This document shows, piece by piece, positions 26,587 to 36,383 of a DNA stretch of 55,832 nt; the first letter of the stretch is position 1, and the number at the start of each line of letters is the position of its first letter. The translations under genes were made by a program, and so were the position numbers. Under the pieces are notes generated by a model. The model was not told where the DNA came from. It searched no databases and was given only the letters and a program-made list of their open reading frames with translations. The DNA is from Rickettsiales bacterium (GTDB lineage Bacteria; Pseudomonadota; Alphaproteobacteria; Rs-D84; CACZYB01), in the NCBI GenBank assembly GCA_031263095.1, contig JAISGI010000019.1:1-55832 (forward strand). Direction: 5' to 3'.

Positions 26587-26619
26587 GAAAAAAGGCCAGG
26601 GTTTCCCCGGCCTTTTTTC
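26587..26619. terminator. bidirectional intrinsic terminator
   Basis: GAAAAAAGGCC-AGGG...CCC-CGGCCTTTTTTC. Confidence 0.75.
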
Positions 26620-26629
26620 TCCTATTTCC

Positions 26630-26663
26630 CAATCGAAAAAGAGCGAAGCTATTTTTCGATTGA
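26630..26663. repeat. REP-like palindromic element, copy 2
   Basis: CAATCGAAAAA-GAGCGAAGCTA-TTTTTCGATTG. Confidence 0.75.
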
Positions 26664-27041
26664 GTGAAGCTCTTCCGCCCTGCACTGCCACATATAGTCC
26701 ATGTGAACCTTGACATCTTCGACGGTGAAGCCCCAGTCGTTCAAACGCTCGCTCGCCTCAAGCGCCTCTATCGACATCTGGATTAAAGTAAAAGGAGCCT
26801 TGACGCCGTGCTCCTTCCAACTGTCCCGCAAATTCGCAAGCTCTTGCGAGGTCGTCCTCTGCCCCGTGTTTCCGTGGGCCTGGTCGCAGTAATAGTGCGC
26901 GAACAAAGTGCTCGTCCCACCCTTTGACTTGGGGATTGGAAAATGGTCGTGCGTCGCCCACTCAAGCTTGTAGATTGGAAGACCGCAACAATGGCAGAAG
27001 AGCTTGTTCGCTTTAAGTATCTCTTTTTCTATCCGCCTCAT
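26649..27041 (-). CDS. small HNH endonuclease-like protein
   Basis: CxxCG...T.DH..PKSKGG...AHxxC motif; 3' end runs into the REP-like element. Confidence 0.65.
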   Translation of the reverse strand: MRRIEKEILKANKLFCHCCGLPIYKLEWATHDHFPIPKSKGGTSTLFAHYYCDQAHGNTGQRTTSQELANLRDSWKEHGVKAPFTLIQMSIEALEASERLNDWGFTVEDVKVHMDYMWQCRAEELHSIEK

Positions 27042-27062
27042 CCGCGATTTCCCTTGGATTTT

Positions 27063-28385
27063 TTAGTAGCGTTTCACTCCGAACGCGCCGCGTATATCCG
27101 TGCCCGTCCCCGCGTGCGAATACTGGAACCGGCCAAGCGCCTCGTACGCCGCACCGCTGCCGTTCACGACCGAGTTCGCCTTGAGCCCGTAATAAGTCGC
27201 GTCGAACGTCCCCTTCCCGCCGGCAAAGTTGTCGAAACCGGAAACAGCGCCCGAAACCTCGACCGCGTTATTCGTCTTGAACACCATGCCAAGCCCGCCG
27301 AACGCAAGCGCAAGCGTGTCGTCCTTGCGCGACTTCGGGTTGAGAGTCAAGACCGCGCTGCCCGACAGGTCGGCCGCGCGCACGAAACTGGTGCTCTCGT
27401 CGGCAAAGCCAAGCGCGGAAACTTTCTGCGTAATCCCGCCGACCGCCTTGCCGGTAAAGGTGTACGAGGCCTGGTTCATGCCGACGAAATTGTTCGTTAT
27501 CTGGCGCGCCGCGTCGCCCTTGACATAGCCGTCATAGGCAATCGCGCCGCCGTCCTTGAACGCGGACAAACCGTTCAGGGCATAAAGCCGCTTGCCCCAG
27601 TCGATTAGCGCGAACTTTAGCTGGTCGTCGCTTACCGCCGCCTTTGTGTCCAATTCGGCAAGGAACTGCGCCCTCGAGGCGTCGGGGTCTGTCATTTTTG
27701 CGAACAGAGGCCACACATCGGTAATAATCTTCGCCGCTCCGTTGGAGCCAAGGAACGCGGCCAGTCCGCCACTCGCACCGCTAGGGTTGCTCATATAGGC
27801 GTTCACGGCGGCAACCACCGCGGCATAGTCCCCTCCCGCAGTCATCGTCCCGACTGCGGTTTTGAGCGCCGCAAGGTTGGCATTTATCCAAGCAATCTTG
27901 TCGGCGGGTATCGCGGTGGCAAGCTCGAGCATCTTGTAATCCTTGGCCCCGTCGTTATAGTTCTTGCTCCACACGTTGAGCGAGGTATAGCCGAATTCGC
28001 TCTCCGACTGCAGCCCGGCATTCCCAATAACGCGATTGAGCACGATTTTATCCACAAGCAGATTGCTCGAGATAAGCTTGCCCTGCGCGTCTATGACCTC
28101 GCTTGCGAAAGGCTCGGAAAACTTGGTTTTGATTGAGGAAAGCCCGGTCGTGACCTGCGCTTTGTCTTGAAGCCCGGAAAACGCGGACAAAGGCGAGGAA
28201 ACCGCCTCGCCGACGAACTTATGTGTATCGCGCGTCTCGTCTATCGGAATCCGCTTCGACGCACGCTGACCCTCGGACGGCGAGGAATGCCCGCCGCTTG
28301 GCGCAATGCCCGTCGAGCCGCCGTCGCTCGCACACCCGGCCAAAAATGCCGCAATCGCCAAACCACTGATTGAATATCTGTTCAT
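27063..28385 (-). CDS. surface lipoprotein with C-terminal transferrin-binding-protein-like beta-barrel
   Basis: Lipobox FLAGC, Ser/Gly linker, C-terminal YTFTGKA...FD..YYG...E..G.F......GAFGVKR pattern. Confidence 0.7.
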   Translation of the reverse strand: MNRYSISGLAIAAFLAGCASDGGSTGIAPSGGHSSPSEGQRASKRIPIDETRDTHKFVGEAVSSPLSAFSGLQDKAQVTTGLSSIKTKFSEPFASEVIDAQGKLISSNLLVDKIVLNRVIGNAGLQSESEFGYTSLNVWSKNYNDGAKDYKMLELATAIPADKIAWINANLAALKTAVGTMTAGGDYAAVVAAVNAYMSNPSGASGGLAAFLGSNGAAKIITDVWPLFAKMTDPDASRAQFLAELDTKAAVSDDQLKFALIDWGKRLYALNGLSAFKDGGAIAYDGYVKGDAARQITNNFVGMNQASYTFTGKAVGGITQKVSALGFADESTSFVRAADLSGSAVLTLNPKSRKDDTLALAFGGLGMVFKTNNAVEVSGAVSGFDNFAGGKGTFDATYYGLKANSVVNGSGAAYEALGRFQYSHAGTGTDIRGAFGVKRY

Positions 28386-28501
28386 CTTCTTCCCTCCTTT
28401 TATATCGAAAATTCCCTATTTTATAGTACCCACCTTACCCCCCCCCGTGTCAAAGTCAAGTAAAAATTGACTTTGCGCACGGCATGCGCTATACTCGCGC
28501 C

Positions 28502-29248
28502 ATGAAGCAAAAAGAAACACTTGCGCAATTGCCCCTGTTCGACCACTTCTCCGAGCTCCGCTCACGCGTAATCGGCTGCGCCGTGTTTTTTGCAATAGCG
28601 TTCGTGCTGTTCTATACGATGAGGGCGGATATATACGACTTCATGACGGCCCCTCTCGCCAAGGCATTGAAGGATAACGGCCTGCCCCCGGCGCTGATTT
28701 ATACGCGCCTGACCGAAGCTTTCACCTCGAGCCTCTCGCTCGTGCTCAAAACAGCCCTGCTTGCAAGCATGCCGTACTTCGCGGCCCAAGCCTGGCTCTA
28801 CGTCGCGCCCGGTTTGTATAGGGACGAGAGACGCGCCGCCGCGCCCTATGTGATTGCCGCGCCGATACTCTTCACGCTCGGCATGGCGTTCGCCTATACG
28901 CTTGTTCTGCCCATGGCGTTCAAGTTTTTGACAAGCTTCATAGATAATTCCGCGGTCGAGACGCCCCTCGTCTTGCAGGCAAAAATAGGGGAATACGTCG
29001 CGCTCGCCTCCTCGATGCTCTTCGCATTCGGAGTATGCTTCCTGACGCCGCTGATATTGGTCTTCACGGTCAGGGCCGGAGTAGTTTCGTGCGAAACTCT
29101 GCGCCGCGGCCGCAAATATTGGATTGTCGCCGCGTTCGTAATCGCGGCAGTCCTTACCCCTCCCGACGTCGCAAGCCAAGTTTTATTGGCGATCCCCTTG
29201 ATACTTATGTACGAGGTCGCGATATTGCTTACACGGCGTCCAAAATAG
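28502..29248 (+). CDS. tatC: Sec-independent translocase TatC
   Basis: HFSELRSR, W.YVAPGLY.DE, AAVLTPPDVASQ; leaderless promoter TTGACT-N17-TATACT. Confidence 0.95.
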   Translation: MKQKETLAQLPLFDHFSELRSRVIGCAVFFAIAFVLFYTMRADIYDFMTAPLAKALKDNGLPPALIYTRLTEAFTSSLSLVLKTALLASMPYFAAQAWLYVAPGLYRDERRAAAPYVIAAPILFTLGMAFAYTLVLPMAFKFLTSFIDNSAVETPLVLQAKIGEYVALASSMLFAFGVCFLTPLILVFTVRAGVVSCETLRRGRKYWIVAAFVIAAVLTPPDVASQVLLAIPLILMYEVAILLTRRPK

Positions 29249-30506
29249 GTTCTAGTCTTTCCATAACCCTATCTAAAACTCCCGACTCCCTGTCCGCAAT
29301 CTTCTTTGCGCGCATGGCATAGCCCGCAAGCTCCTCCGGCTCGGAAAATAGGCGCGCCACATCGTTGCCAAGCTCGGTCTCGTCCTCGACCATGATTACC
29401 GCATCCTCGGCTTTCATGATGTCGTAGGTCTCGGCAAAAGACGACACGAACATACCCGAAAGCACCGCATCGCCAAGCTTCGCCGGCTCGAACGGATTGT
29501 GCCCGGCAAGGTTGGGAAGCAGCGAGCCGCCAACAAACGCCACCGGCGCAAGCTTGAAGAAAAGCCCAAGCTCGCCAAGCGTGTCCGCAATATATACCGC
29601 CGTCTCGGACGTGATTTTTTGACCCGTAGAGCGCACGGCGACACTGTACCCCCGCTCCTCGAACATCTTGGCAATCTCGACCCCGCGAGCGGGATGACGC
29701 GGCGCGATGATAAGGAGCGCATCCGGATGCGCCGCCCGCACCACACGGTGCGATATTTCAAGCAGGGCTTCCTCCCCTTCGTGCGTGCTCGCCGCGACCC
29801 AGGCCTTGCGCCCGCCGAGGGATTTTTCAAGCGCGCCAAGCACCTTTTCGTCATATTCCAAAGGAGGCACGCCGTACTTCAGGTTTCCGACGCACACGAC
29901 CACTTTCGCACCCATGCCGAGGAGCTTTTTCTTGTCCTCGTCCGACTTCGCGAATAGATAAATAAATGTCGATAAAAGCTTAGCCGATACGTTCCGATTC
30001 TTCATCCACCGACGATACGAGCGGTCAGAAATCCGACCGTTCAGAAGCACAAGCGGAACCCCCCGCCGCGCACTGGAGAGCATAAGGTTCGGCCAAAAAT
30101 CGCTGTCCACGAAGAACCCCGCCGACGGCTTCCAATAGTCGAGAAACCGCTTCACATACGCGCCCCTGTCCACAGGCAGGAATTGGTGTATCGCCCGCTT
30201 GTCCTTGAGCTTCTTGGACATAACCTCCGCGCCCGTAAGCGTCGTGGTCGTGACAAGGGCATACACGTCCTTGTACCGCGCAAGCACCCGCTCGACCACC
30301 GGGACGATAGAGTTCGCCTCCCCGACAGACGAGGCGTTAAACCAGAATATCCGCCCCTTGGGACGGATAACCGAAGCAACGCCGAACCTCTCCTCCATGC
30401 GCGGCGGGTCGGAGCTCTCAAGCCCGCGCCGACGGCGCAGCCACAACGCCGGCCGCACGAACGGTTTGGCAAGGAACATCAAAAGCCTATACAAGAATAA
30501 TTTCAT
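29229..30506 (-). CDS. waaA: Kdo transferase
   Basis: WFNASSVGE, NGRISDRS, GNLK, AASTHEGEE, APRHP.R, DTLGEL, GGS...GHNPFEPA. Confidence 0.93.
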   Translation of the reverse strand: MKLFLYRLLMFLAKPFVRPALWLRRRRGLESSDPPRMEERFGVASVIRPKGRIFWFNASSVGEANSIVPVVERVLARYKDVYALVTTTTLTGAEVMSKKLKDKRAIHQFLPVDRGAYVKRFLDYWKPSAGFFVDSDFWPNLMLSSARRGVPLVLLNGRISDRSYRRWMKNRNVSAKLLSTFIYLFAKSDEDKKKLLGMGAKVVVCVGNLKYGVPPLEYDEKVLGALEKSLGGRKAWVAASTHEGEEALLEISHRVVRAAHPDALLIIAPRHPARGVEIAKMFEERGYSVAVRSTGQKITSETAVYIADTLGELGLFFKLAPVAFVGGSLLPNLAGHNPFEPAKLGDAVLSGMFVSSFAETYDIMKAEDAVIMVEDETELGNDVARLFSEPEELAGYAMRAKKIADRESGVLDRVMERLEPILDAV

Positions 30507-30561
30507 TTTTATCTCCGCTTGGGAAAATTGTATTCAATCATATACGGATTTGGGATGTTTG

Positions 30562-30957
30562 TCAAGTTCGGGGTTTTCCCTGGATTTTTGCAATGGCCGA
30601 GGATATTCCGACCATCCTGTTTGCCGACAATGCGCTCGCAAGGCCAATCCGCTCGAAAACGTCCATCGCGTCCGCCGCCACGATTTCCGCGTCGGTCTTA
30701 TTGTCGAAAATCAGATATAGGATATAGAGAAGCCCACGCACAATCTTGGCGTCCGACTCGAACAAAAACCGCCGACGCCCGCCCTCCTCACGCGCGGAAA
30801 TCCACACCGACGAAGCACAGCCGACGACACGGTTTTCCTCGGTTTTAAGCTCGGCGGGAAACGACGGCAACGCTTGGCCAAGCTCGGCCAGATACGCAAA
30901 CTTCTCGTCCCAATCCGGAAGTGCCGCGAACCCGTCGTATAGCTCTTGCAAAGTCAT
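30562..30957 (-). CDS. sufE: Fe-S cluster sulfur acceptor SufE
   Basis: WDEKFAYL.ELG, V.GC.S.VW, ESDAKIVRGL, LS.NR..G. Confidence 0.9.
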   Translation of the reverse strand: MTLQELYDGFAALPDWDEKFAYLAELGQALPSFPAELKTEENRVVGCASSVWISAREEGGRRRFLFESDAKIVRGLLYILYLIFDNKTDAEIVAADAMDVFERIGLASALSANRMVGISSAIAKIQGKPRT

Positions 30958-30981
30958 GCATGACATTATATAATAGCACAC

Positions 30982-31911
30982 ATGTTATTTCAACAACCAA
31001 AGTTTTGGCAAAGAAAGGGGATAATCGCCCTCGTCCTCTTCCCTCTCTCGCTGCTATACAGATTCGCCGCAGCGGTAAAACGCATGCGCGCAAGCCCGTA
31101 CAGGGCGAAAATCCCGGTCGTGTGCATAGGGAACATAAGCATAGGCGGCACAGGCAAAACCCCGATTGTCGAGGCTGTCGCAAGGTTCTATATCAAGAAA
31201 CGCGCCCGCGTCGCCATCCTCTCCCGCGGCTACGGCGGAAGCGCTAAAGGCCCGCTAATCGTCAGGCCCGGCAAACACACGGCCGCAATGGTCGGGGACG
31301 AGCCGCTTATGCTCGCCACCGCCCTGCCCCGCGCGAAAGTTGTGATATGCGCCGACCGCGCCGCCTCCGCAAAGTTGATAGAGAACCGCGCGGATGTGAT
31401 TGTAATGGACGACGGACTCCAAAATTTTACCCTCGCCAAGACTTGCCAAGTCTGCGTTGTGCGCGGCCTCGGCAACGGTCTCACTCTGCCCGCCGGCCCT
31501 CTGCGCGAGCCCGCTTCTGCGCTGAAAAAAATGGACGCCATAATCGCGCCCGAGGGAATGAAATTCAAGGGCGCACACGTCTTCCATTCACGGACAAGGT
31601 TTGTCAAAAGGCCGAAACACGCCAGCAGCGCGATGGCCGGCATAGGCGACCCGCAAAGGTTTTTCAGCCATGTCGAGAGCGTCGCACGCACGAAGTTGAC
31701 GCACGCTTTTGCTTTCCCCGACCACCATTTTTATACCGACACAGAGCTTGAGGCCGTCGCAAAATTCGCGCCCGTCTATACCACGTCCAAGGACTTTGTG
31801 AAAATCCCCGACCGGCTGAAAAAATATTTTATAGAGGTGAAAATCAAAGCTGAAGTTGACGACGAATTTTTTCGAATTCTGCCCAAGTTAAATCGAGCGC
31901 GGCCGCGTTAG
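30982..31911 (+). CDS. lpxK: tetraacyldisaccharide 4'-kinase
   Basis: GNISIGGTGKTP, LSRGYGG, GDEP, MDDGLQ, PAGPLRE, FPDHH. Confidence 0.95.
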   Translation: MLFQQPKFWQRKGIIALVLFPLSLLYRFAAAVKRMRASPYRAKIPVVCIGNISIGGTGKTPIVEAVARFYIKKRARVAILSRGYGGSAKGPLIVRPGKHTAAMVGDEPLMLATALPRAKVVICADRAASAKLIENRADVIVMDDGLQNFTLAKTCQVCVVRGLGNGLTLPAGPLREPASALKKMDAIIAPEGMKFKGAHVFHSRTRFVKRPKHASSAMAGIGDPQRFFSHVESVARTKLTHAFAFPDHHFYTDTELEAVAKFAPVYTTSKDFVKIPDRLKKYFIEVKIKAEVDDEFFRILPKLNRARPR

Positions 31912-33031
31912 GCCTCAATAAATTTACAAAATTCTCCGCCGCAGTATAGCCAAGGGAATTGCGGAAATCCGCGCACGGAGCAAGCTTGCCCATAACTTGC
32001 GCATATTTCGCACGCTCCAAAATGTCGCCAGGCACGTCCGACACATCGACGATAATATTGTTCATGGAAACAATACCGACAAGCGGACATTTACGCCCGC
32101 CGATGTCCGCATAAGCACGCGTATATCCTCCGCCCGCATGCAGCTTCGCGCGGATGAAATTAAAGAGCCCGTTCGTCTTCGAAAGGCCGCGCGAATACCC
32201 GTCCGCATACCCAAGACACAACACCGCGACTTTCATTTTGCGCCGCGCAACATACTCGTCCGAATAGCCGATAGTCTCGCCCTTTACTACTTCGCGAACC
32301 TGCAAAATCCGCGCATATACATCGACGATTTGCTCCATCCCCGAAGCAAATCCATATAGTGCATAGCCAGGCCGCACAATGTCGAAATGATACTCCGCGC
32401 CAAGACGCAAAAGCCCGCTCGACGCCGCAAGCGACATCTCCGCCTTCGGCAGCGGCGCAACCATCGACGTGAAATTTTCAAGCTGCGACTTGCAATATTT
32501 GCCATACGAAAACGGCCCATGCAGGTGCGAAATATAAAGCACAATCTCAAGATTTCCCGCAAGCTTTTCAATGTCGCTCGCAAGCTCCCGAGCGTCTTGC
32601 ACCGACAGCCCCGTGCGGTTCATCCCTGTGTCGAAATGCACGCCCACCCGTGGCTTGCGCGACCGCCCCGCCGCCGCGGAATTATACGAGGCAAGCTGCG
32701 AAAGAGACACGCAAACCGGCACGATACCGCTCTCGATATAACGCTCCTCCTGCCCTTCCATAACGCCGGAAAAAGTGAACAGATTCGCACCCTTCACGCT
32801 CGCAAGAGAGGGCAAAACCACTTCCGCCTCGGCAAGCGTTTGCACAAAAAAGTCGCGCACTCCCTCGCGCACAAGAACGCCAGCGGCACGCTCCGCGCCG
32901 AACCCGTACGCATTGGATTTTATCGTAGCGCCAAGCCGGGCATGCGTAGCGCCCGCCGCACGCCTGACGTTCCTCGCGAACGCCTCCTCGTCATAAACCC
33001 GGATTATGTCGAAATTATCCTTGTAAATCAT
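31844..33031 (-). CDS. PLP-dependent amino-acid racemase (Alr fold, atypical specificity residues)
   Basis: IKSNAYG (PLP Lys), DTGMNR, VRPG..LYG, IGY (catalytic Tyr), GYADG, VSMN; leaderless promoter TTGTAA-N17-TATAAT. Confidence 0.85.
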   Translation of the reverse strand: MIYKDNFDIIRVYDEEAFARNVRRAAGATHARLGATIKSNAYGFGAERAAGVLVREGVRDFFVQTLAEAEVVLPSLASVKGANLFTFSGVMEGQEERYIESGIVPVCVSLSQLASYNSAAAGRSRKPRVGVHFDTGMNRTGLSVQDARELASDIEKLAGNLEIVLYISHLHGPFSYGKYCKSQLENFTSMVAPLPKAEMSLAASSGLLRLGAEYHFDIVRPGYALYGFASGMEQIVDVYARILQVREVVKGETIGYSDEYVARRKMKVAVLCLGYADGYSRGLSKTNGLFNFIRAKLHAGGGYTRAYADIGGRKCPLVGIVSMNNIIVDVSDVPGDILERAKYAQVMGKLAPCADFRNSLGYTAAENFVNLLRPNAAALDLTWAEFEKIRRQLQL

Positions 33032-33075
33032 AAGGCGATTATATACAATAAGCACAGGTTTTACAAGGAATTATT

Positions 33076-36006
33076 ATGAAGTTTTCAGAGCTCCTCTCTC
33101 CGCTAAACATAACTCCCGCCGCCGACGCCGAAATAACCGGCATAGCGAATAACTCTGGCGAGGTCTTGCCCGGCTTCCTGTTCATCGCGATAAAGGGATA
33201 CAGGTTCGACGGAGCAGATTTTATACCCGAAGCCGTGAAAAATGGAGCCGCCGCCATCCTCGCTGACCGCTCGGCAAGCGCGCTCGCAAACAAGTTCCCA
33301 AACACCGCGTTCGCCTTCGCCGACATGGACATGAGGCTCGCTGAAAGCAGGCTTGCGGCCACATTCTACCCCGACGCGCCAGCATTCGTCTGCGCCGTGA
33401 CCGGCACGAACGGCAAGTCCTCGGTCGTCAATTTCGCACGGCAATTGTGGGAGTTCGAGGGTACAAACGCCGCCTCGATTGGCACCGTCGGTATAAAGTC
33501 CAAGGTCCTCTCCGGCGGCAAAAGCCTGACCACGCCCGACGCGCTCGATTTGCATAGGAATCTCGAGGACTTGGCCCGCCTCGGCGTCTCCCGCGTCGCA
33601 CTCGAAACCTCAAGCCACGGCATAGAGCAACATAGGGCCGACAGCCTGAAAATCATGGCCGCAGGCTTCACGAATCTTTCGAACGACCACCTCGATTTTT
33701 ACAAGGACGTGGACGAGTATTTTAAGGCCAAACTAAGGCTGTTCAAAGAACTGCTCGACCCCTCCGGCACCGCGGTCGTGAACATCGAAGATCCCCGCGC
33801 AGACCAAGTAATCGAAGTTTGCCGCGCACGTAATATCAAAGTAATCGCATTCGGCGAACATGATAATGCCGACATAAAGCTGGTCTCTTATGAAATAAAG
33901 GGATATAAACAGCAAGTAAAACTCTCCGTCTTCGGAAAAATATTCGAAACGGAATTGAATCTGGTGACCAAATTCCAAATCTCGAACCTCATGTGCGCAA
34001 TAGGGCTGTTCGTCGCAGGCGGCGGCAGCATCGAAAAGGCCGCGCCACGCCTGCCCGAACTCGAAAACGAAAAGGGCCGCATAGAGTACGTCGCCACCGC
34101 GCCAAGCGGGGCAAGGATTTACGTCGACTTCGGCCACAACGGCGACGGCATAAAAAAATTGCTGACCGAGTTCCGCCCGTACGTCAAACACACCCTGACT
34201 TGCATAGCGGGCAGTAGCGGCGAACGCCCCGAAATCCGCCGCATAGAAATCGGCCAAGTCCTAAACGCCCTCGCCGACAAGGTGATAATAGTAGACGATA
34301 ACCCGCGCGCGGAAGACCCCGCGAAAATCCGCGCGACATTGCTGAAATACTGCCCCAAGGCGCGCGAAATCCCCGACCGCGAACGCGCGATAGAGGAGGC
34401 GATAGACACCTCCCGCGGCTGGGATTCAATAATAATCTGCGGCACCATGTACGAGAAAGACAAGGAGTTTATAAGGCAAAAGCTCGCCCCGCGCACCGTC
34501 CCGCTCGACCGGCTCCTGAACGAATCCGGCCTCACAAGCGCACCGTCCGCCGACGCGCGCACAATCGCCAACGTCTCCATGAATTCGCAGGGCATAATGC
34601 CGCCAGCGGTGTTCGTGGGCATACAGGGCTTCACGAAAAACGGCTCCGACTTCGCGGCCGAGGCCATCGGAAACGGCGCCGCCGCTCTCGTCGTCCCAAC
34701 CGATTACGAATTCGACGCACCAACGGCCAAACTGATAGAAGCAAAAAAAATCCCCGTAGCCCGCGCGAAGAGCACAAGGAAAGCCTTTGCCGACCTTGCC
34801 TATAACTTCTACGGCCGCAGCCAACCCGACACGGTTTGCGCTGTCACCGGCACAAGCGGCAAGTCCTCGACCGTGGATTTTTTGCGCCAGATGTGGGCGC
34901 TCCTGAAGCTGCCCGCCCTCTCCGCCGGCACCATAGGAGTGATTGTGGATAATGTCTACTCCGAGGAGAAAATCGTCAAATACGCCGAAGACCACACCTC
35001 GCCCGTCGGGGACGAGATTTATAAGAACCTCGCCTACTTCAAGGGCAAAGGTGTCGAACACGGCGCGCTCGAAATGTCAAGCCACGGCATCGATCAGCTC
35101 CGCGCGGAAAATATAAGGATACGCGCCGCAGGATTTACCAACCTCGGCACCGACCACGTTGACTTCTACGGCTCGCCCGAAAAATATTTGCAAAGCAAAT
35201 CCCGCCTGTTCACCGAATGCGTCGATGACGGCGGCGCGGCAGTCCTCAACGCCGACATTCCAGAATACGAATTCCTGCGCCAAGTGTGCGAAAAACGCGG
35301 CCTGCGAGTAATCGCCTACGGCCGTGCCCCCACCGCCGACCTGAAAATCATATCGCAGGAAATCAGCCTCGACGGCCAGCGCGCGGAGGTCGAATTATTC
35401 GGCAAACGCCATACGCTCGAGCTTAAAATTTTGGGCCGCTTCCAACTGATGAACCTGCTCTGCGCCATCGGCCTCCTCGCCGCCACAACACCGGATTGGG
35501 AGCAGGTTTTGCCAAGACTTGGCCTGCTCAAGAACGCCCTCGGCCGCTTGGAATACATGGGCCGCACAAAAAGCGGTGCAAGCATTTATGTCGACTTCTC
35601 GTACAAGGGCGACGCACTCGAAAGCACGCTCAAAAACTTGCGCTCGATGTCAACCGGCCGCCTGGTGCTTGTATTTTCCACCTGCGGCGACGTGTACGAA
35701 ACAAGACGACGCAAGGAGCTTGGCGAGGCCGCGCGCGACTTCGCCGATGTGGCGATACTTACCGACGACAGCCCGCGCACCGAAGACCCGCAGAAAATCA
35801 GGGACGAGATTCTCGCCCACTGCCCCGGCGCACTCGAAGTGAAAACCGGCCGCCGCGACGCTATCGCCAAGGCAATCAAACTCGCCCAGGCAAACGATAT
35901 AATCCTCGTCGCCGGCAAAGGCCACGAGGATTATATTACGATAGGCGAGGAGAATATCCCATATACCGACCAGGATACGATTCGCGAACTACTTCTTCGG
36001 CCATAA
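33076..36006 (+). CDS. tandem MurE-MurE fusion (two complete Mur ligase units)
   Basis: Two P-loops (GTNGKS, GTSGKS), two E.SSHG, two FTNL..DH.DFY, DDNPR and DDSPR; one terminal AGKGHE. Confidence 0.88.
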   Translation: MKFSELLSPLNITPAADAEITGIANNSGEVLPGFLFIAIKGYRFDGADFIPEAVKNGAAAILADRSASALANKFPNTAFAFADMDMRLAESRLAATFYPDAPAFVCAVTGTNGKSSVVNFARQLWEFEGTNAASIGTVGIKSKVLSGGKSLTTPDALDLHRNLEDLARLGVSRVALETSSHGIEQHRADSLKIMAAGFTNLSNDHLDFYKDVDEYFKAKLRLFKELLDPSGTAVVNIEDPRADQVIEVCRARNIKVIAFGEHDNADIKLVSYEIKGYKQQVKLSVFGKIFETELNLVTKFQISNLMCAIGLFVAGGGSIEKAAPRLPELENEKGRIEYVATAPSGARIYVDFGHNGDGIKKLLTEFRPYVKHTLTCIAGSSGERPEIRRIEIGQVLNALADKVIIVDDNPRAEDPAKIRATLLKYCPKAREIPDRERAIEEAIDTSRGWDSIIICGTMYEKDKEFIRQKLAPRTVPLDRLLNESGLTSAPSADARTIANVSMNSQGIMPPAVFVGIQGFTKNGSDFAAEAIGNGAAALVVPTDYEFDAPTAKLIEAKKIPVARAKSTRKAFADLAYNFYGRSQPDTVCAVTGTSGKSSTVDFLRQMWALLKLPALSAGTIGVIVDNVYSEEKIVKYAEDHTSPVGDEIYKNLAYFKGKGVEHGALEMSSHGIDQLRAENIRIRAAGFTNLGTDHVDFYGSPEKYLQSKSRLFTECVDDGGAAVLNADIPEYEFLRQVCEKRGLRVIAYGRAPTADLKIISQEISLDGQRAEVELFGKRHTLELKILGRFQLMNLLCAIGLLAATTPDWEQVLPRLGLLKNALGRLEYMGRTKSGASIYVDFSYKGDALESTLKNLRSMSTGRLVLVFSTCGDVYETRRRKELGEAARDFADVAILTDDSPRTEDPQKIRDEILAHCPGALEVKTGRRDAIAKAIKLAQANDIILVAGKGHEDYITIGEENIPYTDQDTIRELLLRP

Positions 36007-36360
36007 CAGCTTGAAGCACATCCCGACGATGATGAGAAGGCCGACGTTCCACGCAAACGCAATCAGCGGAATCATGAATATCCCCTCCGCGAATTCCATA
36101 AGGAACGCAAGCACCCCGCACAGCACATACATGTTGATTGCGCTTAGTTTCGAGAGCGTAGAAACAGCGGCTTCTGACAGCCTCATGCCAAGACCAATGA
36201 ACTTGACTGCATAGTCCGGCGCACGAAAACACAGACACCATAAACAGGTGAACGAGGCAATCGCAACCATCTTCGATTCCGTTGGAGCAAGCAGGAACCT
36301 CGGACTCAAAATCGCAATCGGAATGAACGCCGAATATTTTTTTAAGAGTTGCCAGTCCAT
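35989..36360 (-). CDS. small hypothetical membrane protein
   Basis: 123-aa hydrophobic ORF with GAGGT RBS downstream of the rpoC terminator. Confidence 0.55.
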   Translation of the reverse strand: MDWQLLKKYSAFIPIAILSPRFLLAPTESKMVAIASFTCLWCLCFRAPDYAVKFIGLGMRLSEAAVSTLSKLSAINMYVLCGVLAFLMEFAEGIFMIPLIAFAWNVGLLIIVGMCFKLLWPKK

Positions 36361-36383
36361 ACATACACCTCAAAAATCAAGAT

